Assembly (NCBI GenBank): GCA_964035545.1 | Contig: OZ037769.1 | Span: 1,240,001-1,304,000 of the forward strand | Direction of reading: 5' to 3' | Length of the DNA: 64,000 nt | Source: Bugula neritina | Lineage: Eukaryota > Animalia > Bryozoa | Shown: positions 56,167 through 64,000 of the stretch, piece after piece | Layout: every line of letters begins with the position of its first letter | Position numbering within the stretch: the first letter of the stretch is position 1 | Made by a program: the position numbers and the translations under genes | Notes under the pieces: model-generated | Database searches by the model: none | What the model was told of the DNA's origin: nothing | Seen by the model: only the letters and a program-made list of their open reading frames with translations

Positions 56167-56957
56167 TTATTAAGTTTATTGTACTTAACATTAGTATTCA
56201 GTAAATTAAAGTACTTTATATGCTTATGATGTGATGTAAAGTCTAAAGTTTGTTTGATCTACTTTTCACTATAGCATCTGCATTAACATCTCTTAAAAAC
56301 TAAACCAATTTTTACATGATATCAATGAATATATTTCACATTTTGTTTGTTTTTATTGATTATCATATGCTACACCATAGTAGTAATAATCAATGTGTTA
56401 CACCATATAGAGTTTTCTCATTAATCTAACACGGACATTCTTATTTATTTATTCTAAGAACTGTTAAACTTTTTACTCACACTTTGCTTTTTTAAAGTAA
56501 TATTTTAACAAACTTAAATTATGACACTAAGTTTTTTATGGACACTATTGAGCAAATGAATGAATTAATTCATAGTATGATTACTAAGTAGTGTTTGTGA
56601 AGTCAGATAAAATACCGTGATGAATAATTATGAGGATAACCCTCTGTGTGAACATGGTGAGGATATAACTAAAAATAACTCAACTGTATGACCTATTGTG
56701 TACTGCAGTGTTTTGTGTTGTATCAGGAAAATATATAGAAATGTGGAATCTGATGGAATAATTTATTATATTGTAGCTGGTAGTTTTACTCTAACAATAT
56801 TCTTAGTATATAAACACTCATACAAGATTCTGAATGCAAATAACATTTCTCTGAACAGAAATATAAGTTAGTAAATATCAGTATGAAGAATAGGCAGTTT
56901 CAGGGTAGAAACAGGTTTGAAATCAATCAATTTATAGATGCATTATACAAGAAAGAA

Positions 56958-57725
56958 AGGATTGCTCTATCTTGTCTAATAAATGGCCATTTAGGTCAAA
57001 CACACATAATATTGTGTTTTTCTAAGCATGCATTGACAAAAAGCATTTGACCAAAGGTAGAAAAAGTTAGTTGAAGTTGAGGGTGTAGATTGGTAACAGC
57101 CAAAACGCCGATTTTGAAATGAGCTGGGAAATGTGACATAACAGCGCCAGCATTCCTGCTGGTCACGTGACTATACAAATGAATAACTATAGAAATATGA
57201 CTGTGAGATGTGATCTTTCAGCTCGTAATTTGTATATTTATAGAAGTGCAAATGTGAATTATCTCAATCTATAGTTTTTTGACATGTTAAATAACATGTA
57301 TGTGATAACATTAGGCCATATTTTGCTTGTAAACATAGAAAAAAGCATTGCAAAAACATGCATCCTTTAGGATGAATGCCAGCGATCGATCTAAACTAGG
57401 TCAGATTGTGCAATATTACGGGCGCACCAAAGCTGACCTATATAGCGCACTGTAACTGCTTGAGCGTTATTGGTTGATGTTGCGCTCAGCAACCTTGAAT
57501 ACTAGCGTTATAGTTAGCACGTGCAGCATAGTTACTGGCGTTCACACGTCACGTATTAGGCTATTCTTTTTCATGGCTGAAAATTTTACCTCCCTCAAAA
57601 TTGGAATTTTGAAAAGCTGTTTTCTAGGCATATATCCCTTTGCAAAGTCACAATTGTTTGCATACACATTAGATTATAGTTCATAATTATAATGTGATTG
57701 TAATAAACTAAGATAGAGCAATCAT
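56958..57725. mobile_element. MITE / non-autonomous DNA transposon with Kolobok-like ends
   Basis: TIRs AGGATTGCTCTATCTT / AAGATAGAGCAATCAT (15/16 match), followed by TTAA at 57726-57729. The paralogous empty site is at about 44965-44990 (cattatacaagaagagtttttaatagc). No coding capacity. Confidence 0.8.
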
Positions 57726-60162
57726 TTAATAGCTGTGGTATAATTTCTTCTCATGTGATTGTGAATATAACTCAGTCTATTCATATATTACTGTTCTATT
57801 ACAGACATACTAATGAATGCTCAAACTAAATATAAAATATATCATGATTACTAATATGCCCATTGAGTTGTGTTATAACATTGTGATGTAAAGCCTAAAA
57901 ACTAACTTAGAAAAGATCTCTAAGACCAGCAAATTTACTATTGATAAGGAAGTTGCTTTAACTTGAAACTTGACTTGTATATTACTTTAGCTTGATTCCA
58001 AATAGCTATAGCCTAATTTCTACTCATGTGACTGTGGATCTAACTACTTCTCTGTCTATACAAATTCTTTTGTTCTATTTTCTTTTACTAATGAATTCTC
58101 AAACTGAATAGAAAGCCTTGTATTAGCAAAAGCAATAAAAAGCTGACAAAAGATCTATAGAACAGATCTATTATTATATAGAAACTCAACAATGAACAGG
58201 GAAGTTGTTTTAGACTAAACTTCTTTACACACAATATATTCTATTGTGAGTTAAACTATAATATGTTCTACATAGCACTCCAGTATTAGAGGGTAGAGTA
58301 GGTTGAAATACAGCCTAGAGTAAAATTTTAAAGTAGACTATTCATATTGTGTTGAGTGAAAGAAGACAACTTATTAGTTACAGTATCTATGAAAGTCAAC
58401 TAAGCAGAAGATGATGTTGACTAGAATATTGTTGTGTCTACTAGTTATACCACTTCTAGTAGTAAACTCTTACTCTCCAGGTATGTGTGTAGTGTGAGTA
58501 GCAAGAGTTAATACAGTATATTTTTTGTAACTAATGCTGAAAACAGTTCTTTGAAAACAATCAGCAATGTTTATGGTGATTATATGGCTGTAGGTTTTTG
58601 TTTGTTACCAGAGTTGTAAAAAAGGGGCAACTTTACAAAAACATATAGTTTTATTAGAAAGCAAAATAGAATATCAAAAGGGATCCCATAAACCAAACCT
58701 AGAGAATACAGAGTTTTATTATGTACTAAAGTCAGTATATGGGTAGAATGACTATACTTCTTTAGTTTTTCAATCAGTGTACAGCCTTAATGTAAAATAA
58801 TAGATACGCAACTGTTTTCATAATCACTAGACCAAATTTCTTTCGATCTCATTCACTTATGATAGTAAAATGGAAAAATGTTATTGTATGCTACTATATC
58901 AGTGAACCTAGCCAAAGAGAGGGCCACGCAGGCAAGCACTGCCTATGGTAATGGTGATGGGTATTCTGCAAACAAGGCAGTAGATGGGGACACTGACACA
59001 TATTTCTACAGTGCTGTGAAACCCGATGATTGGTGGAGAGTGGATTTTGATGATGTAATAATTGTTAGAAGAATAGTCATTGACACTGCAGCCAGTAAGT
59101 ATTGATCTCTGAAACCAAATAAAATTGTTTTCAAGTTAATACAAGTAATACCAGTAAGCCATCATTGTCAGCTCATATTGTTTTAATTGCTTCATAGGGG
59201 TTTCAGCTAATATTATATACATTTATATGAAATCGAAAAAAAATATGTATTTAAATTGAGGCAATGTCTATAAGCTTTTACTGCAAGTGTGAAAACTATA
59301 CTAACTTGGATGTTTAATGGTTAGACACTGAGATAATGGTTGACTATATTATAAGTGAAATATCATTAATATATAACGTAGTAGTTTACAATGCTATGTA
59401 TACTGTACGAAGTACACAGGCTCATGAGTTGTGTTGAATGCTTAGTTTGTGATGACAACATATTGTGAATGAGGCAGTATAGTTGAAAACAGTATAAAGC
59501 AAATTGCTTCTGCTAACACTATAGTGTTTTGGTAAAACAATTAGGGAAAATATATTATAAACTCTAGTTAAACATGTATCTTTGTACTTGGATCATTGAA
59601 CATGCAATGGTTTGATATTTCACACTATTTTGAAGACAACAGATCACACTGTATATCGTGAAATAGTAAAAAAGCACAATAATCCAATGCGTACAATCTC
59701 TGTATACTATTTTAAACCATAATTTCGTCCAACTTTTCTATTTTTAGCTCCAGCATTTACCGATGTCTTTATTCTATCCACTTCTATGATGGAACCCGCT
59801 GATGTACCTCACCCAGAGAGTTCAGACTGGAGAGTTCTACAGTCTGGAGTAACACGCACAGAAAGTGCTTTTTTATACCATATTCAAATTTGACTTTGCC
59901 CTAGATGAGAATGTAGAAGCTAGACACATTGCTCTCTACAGTTCTACTGGTGGACTACAGTTCAATGAGGTAGAGGTCTATGATGCAGGTGAGTGAAGTA
60001 GTTGCTGAAAATTAATTTACTGCCCAGAAATTTTTTACACCATTTTTTCTATCGATTTAGAGGTGGTTTTCAGTTGAAAAACTAGAACACTGTTTAATTA
60101 TTTGTATAATAACCTTAAATTTCATCAGGCTACAGTGTGTTAACATGTGTAATGTAGAGATT

Positions 60163-62501
60163 TTTATGTATGTTATTTACTAGCTATTTCTTGTAAGTTC
60201 TTAGTGTTTTCCTGCAAGTTTTATATATCAAAATGACCCTTAGAGTGTGCACTACAATTGCCACCCTATAGATTTCTACAGTTTTGATGTTTTCTACCCA
60301 TTTTCGGGCTATTTACATAAGCAGCTAGGGAAGTGCAACTCTTGTATTTTTATGCTTCCAAAATTCCTGGCTTTTGTCAGCCACAAAAAGATGAACAGTG
60401 AACTTTGACTTTGTGCATGACATCATGATATTATAATTAAAGCATGATTTCCTTCCATAATTTAAAATCTGTGAGCTTTTACTATAGGTGCACACTTGAG
60501 TGCTGCGCATAGACAAAAGGAGAGCAGTAAGTCTTACTTCAGAATCAAAGTCTGTCGTGGTTTTTTTACATAAAGAAGGTTTTTCAATCAGAAAAATATC
60601 TGAAAAAGGGGGCATGGCAAAGACAACCGCATATCAAATTATCAAGAAATTTATTGATTGATTGATTGATTGATTTTATTTCTATCACTAACATGATATA
60701 TATGTTGTGAAAAAAAAGTGTTAAATACTGATGCCTATGATATTAAAAATGGCAACGGTGTACTATATACATGGCTTAAAAATAGGAGTAAAAAGTCTCT
60801 GAGGCTAGAAGTTCAATTAACAAAAAGTATTGTACAAGTTTATTTAGCTTGAGTGCTGCCTGGCGTATAAAAGAATCTCTGCCCCAAGTGCTTCTGTATT
60901 TAATAATAATCTGTGCAGTTCATCTAGCTTGTAGCGTGCAGTTTGTGCATTGGTCAGTATGATGGCTGGCAGGGGAGCTCTTGAGTTTTTTCCTTTTTTT
61001 CTTGTTCTAAGTATTTCAGGGTCAACATTTTTAACTAGAGTTTTGAATTGTCAATTTCATATATCCTTCAGATAGTCTCTTTTAATAGAGGTTTTAACTT
61101 CCAGCAGAGAGTTAATGTCCATGTATGTTAGACTCGTCACACCTCTTAGGTGGTATACATGAGGGGGAATAAGAGTAGCACCAGTAATAACAACGGCTGC
61201 AATAGCTGCGCCATTATGTTAGCAGAGTTGTAAGAGCTATTGAAAACACAACCTCTCTCTATGGAGACTGGCAGTGTAGCAGACCGACCTCGAAGTGAAT
61301 GACCAAGAACTAGCACACCCAGAGATGACAAAATTCTCATTAGAATCAGCAAGAATTGGATTGCCACAAAACAAGTCGTGAGTTGGCAAAAGAATGGTCA
61401 GAATCAACAGGAACAACAGCTTGGACATCTCTGATAAGTCGAAGATTGCTGAGTCAAGGTCTATGTAACTGCAAAGCAAGAAGGAAGCCTCTACTGAGAA
61501 GCAACGAAAAAGCAGGCTACCGTGGGCCAGGGAGCATGCTAGTTGGACAATGAATGATTGGAAAAAAGTAATTTTTTCAGATGAATCCACATTTAAAATG
61601 AACAATCATGCAGGAAACTGTTTTGTTAGAAGATGCCAGTATGAGGAGTATAACCCCCAATGCATAGTTCCAACAATTAGGCACCCTATCAGTGTTATGT
61701 TCTGGGGTTGCATATAAACATCAATAAGTGTAAGTTGACTCAGTATTTGCTCTGGAATGATGAATGCCCAAAAATATATAGAAACCCTGAATGCTAAACT
61801 TCTTCCAACTATAAAAAAAAAAATTTCAAATAAAGTTTACATATTTCAAGATGACAATGCACCATGCAATCGGGCAAAAAACTGTTAAAGAGTGGATGAA
61901 AAGGCAGTGTGTCTCAATGCTTAGCTGGCCAGTACAAAGTCCCAACTTGAACCCAAAAGAAAATCTGTGTTCAAGAATGGCTAAAATAGTCTCCTCACAG
62001 AAGCCAATAACTAGGGTGACACTCATAGAGTATGTAATTCATGCATGGCATCATGTTGTGACTGAAGGCGAGTTGGAGAAGCTGTAGGAGTCGATGCTTT
62101 GTCGATACCGACATGTGATTAAGAAAAAAAACTGGCCAACAAAATATTGACACTAAAATTTAAAACATTGTGTTGTAATGCTGCTATAAGGTGTAGAACA
62201 AATCACATATGATACTTTTTTAAAATTTTAAATAAAATAGCACTATGTAATACAGTACACACAAATTGTGAGAGCATCAATTAATTCCCATATATGCATA
62301 GTAGCGCATTGCTTCATCTAAATTTTGGAAAGAAATAAAAAGTGACACTAAAATAATTTATATCACTGAGAAAAAGAGATCTGAAGAATCATTTTGATAG
62401 GCACCATGTCTATGGAATTGTTTTTCTTATGTTGTAAAATTAGCTTGGAACATTGCAATACTGAAAAACAATAACGCATTCTTAAACTTTTCCATAGCAC
62501 T
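60163..62501 (+). mobile_element. Second copy of the same Tc1 insertion at the same intron position in G5 (copied with the gene)
   Basis: Matching junctions and the same nested insert; additional frameshifts (ORF fragments 61356-61553, 61851-62087). Confidence 0.9.
60655..61262 (-). mobile_element. Second copy of the nested bipartite LINE in G5
   Basis: Homologous to 33507-34149, with a (TTGA)n tail at the left end. Confidence 0.75.
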
Positions 62502-64000
62502 AAAATTTATATATTATTGAACGTAGCTTATTGTTGAATTGGCAACACATATGTGCTAGGTACATCGTTATACATCATTCTAATTACCATAATATATTAT
62601 AATGAGTTCACATTCAGTTATATATCTATCTTCTAGATGTGAGTAAAATAGTATTTGATTTAGACTACCGTTTCTTCCATGCTATAGCCTTAATTCTTAA
62701 TTATATATGATAGAATCATACCTATAAATATCACCTGTTGTTAATAGAAAATTTAAATTATGTGAAGTGCATTCATACACACCTATTAGACACTCCATCA
62801 AGTGGTTAGTTCATTAGTAGGACAGTATAATTCACTTACAGATTATTCTTACTATACTGCATCACTTACCAAAATGGTCACCTTATTCTGTAAACATAGG
62901 GAGAGGAAAATCTACTATATATATCAAACAATTTATAGCCTACACTACATGAATCAAGAGTGCATGCATAGTAAATAATCAAATATTCGTAAGATGGCAT
63001 TTTTTAGAACTGCTTATATACTTTTCAGTGAATATAGCAGAAGGAAGATATACATTCAGCAAGACTCATCTTAACATATACGTGGTTAGTGGGAAAGCAG
63101 TAGATGTAAACCCTAGGTCGTTTTATAGAAGTGAAGACAAACCTGATCAGTGGTGGAGAGTTAAACTGAATGAGACTGTATATGTTAGAGTACTAGCTAT
63201 TCGTAATAAAGATTGTGAGTATAATATTTTTGTTAATAATTTACAAAGCAGCTTATTTGCTACTTAATCAGAACTTGTATTAAAGAGTTGAAATAATTGC
63301 CCAACTATAGTTAGGGTAAATTTTAGGATAAGGTAGAGGCATATTTTAAAAAAAGAAAGATTACCATCGCAAAAGTGATAGAATGACATTTGTCGAACTA
63401 CTTTAAATATTTAGGAATCGGTTTTATTCAATTTAGTTAAGAGATTTAGGTTTCATTCTTTAAACGTAATGTAAATAGCTTTATCTTCTACTATTTTTAC
63501 TCTAAACACCCATAAGACTTTTGGGAAATAACATACAACTTTTTTTACGAACAATTCAATAAAATCCAATAAAATTCTTTTTTGTTTTACTTCAGCTGAG
63601 AGGTTTAAAGACGTATCAATCCTGTCATCAACACACTCCACAATAACAGAAGATCCAACACCTACAAGTTCAGAATGGACTCTGGTCATGTCTGGGATAT
63701 CACGAGAATCAGATAGAAGTTCTACAGAGCTTACATATAACTTTGATCTAACAAACGAGTTACAAACTAGACACATTGCTCTCTACAGCTCTAATAGTAT
63801 TGGACTGAGCATGCTAGAAGTTCAGATATTTGCATATGGTAAGTGGTTTAACGTTATATTTCATTTGTACATATATATATATATATATATATACACTCAC
63901 AGAAGTTTATAGTCGCTATCCCTGTGAGAAACTCCTGATGGAAAGGGTTTTTGGTAAAATTGGCTGAAAGCTTATTTAATTGAAACTATCATTGAAATTA

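Larger units (their letters stand above)
48860..59740 (+). repeat. Segmental duplicate of about 37028-46940 (receptor body plus downstream promoter), more diverged than the G1/G2 pair
   Basis: Colinear exons and introns with indels; MITE present in this copy only. Confidence 0.85.
58411..63838 (+). pseudogene. G5 (3'-truncated by window): signal peptide + 2 lectin-like domains; apparent +1 frameshift in exon 3 (pseudogene or homopolymer sequencing error)
   Basis: ATG 58411. Exons 58411-58480, 58903-59094, 59748-59988 (241 bp vs 240 bp in G3; T6 at 59869-59874 vs T5, giving TGA at 59891-59893), 63029-63214, 63596-63838. Confidence 0.7.

Noticed and set aside
139-63912. Many short ORFs in the supplied track as independent genes
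   Set aside because: They are exons with read-through into introns (GTG/TTG starts are artefacts), or antisense shadows of exons
1-64000. CRISPR array, tRNA, rRNA or prokaryotic operon
   Set aside because: No repeat-spacer array or structural RNA signature seen; the sequence is spliceosomal eukaryotic DNA

Overview
AT-rich, intron-rich animal (probably invertebrate) genomic DNA; the species cannot be determined from the sequence. The window holds a head-to-tail tandem cluster of five related, GT-AG spliced, + strand genes (here G1-G5; G1 lacks its 5' end, G5 its 3' end). G2-G5 begin with a signal-peptide exon and two F-type-lectin/discoidin-like (F5/8C fold) domains, and G1-G4 have a fibronectin-III stalk. 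The C-termini fall into two classes. G1 and G2 end in about 10 divergent CCP/sushi-like modules with no transmembrane segment (secreted class). G3 and G4 end in three more FN3 domains, a receptor-PTP-type juxtamembrane module with an RKKR furin site, one sushi domain, a TM helix and a phosphatase-less tail. That tail carries five tandem acidic YxxV/L motifs, the last of which begins a canonical ITAM (receptor class). The first lectin-like domain is highly variable in its loops and lacks the canonical fucose-binding residues. FN3 number varies, and the genes are recombinant mosaics. Together this looks like a diversifying, germline-encoded paired secreted/ITAM-receptor immune or allorecognition family (inference). 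Also present: a decayed DD34E Tc1 transposon at the same intron position in G3 and G5, itself interrupted by an internally deleted (bipartite) LINE; a MITE with Kolobok-like ends; and long perfect palindromes created by inverted duplication. Exon coordinates were read by eye from splice consensus and reading-frame continuity.
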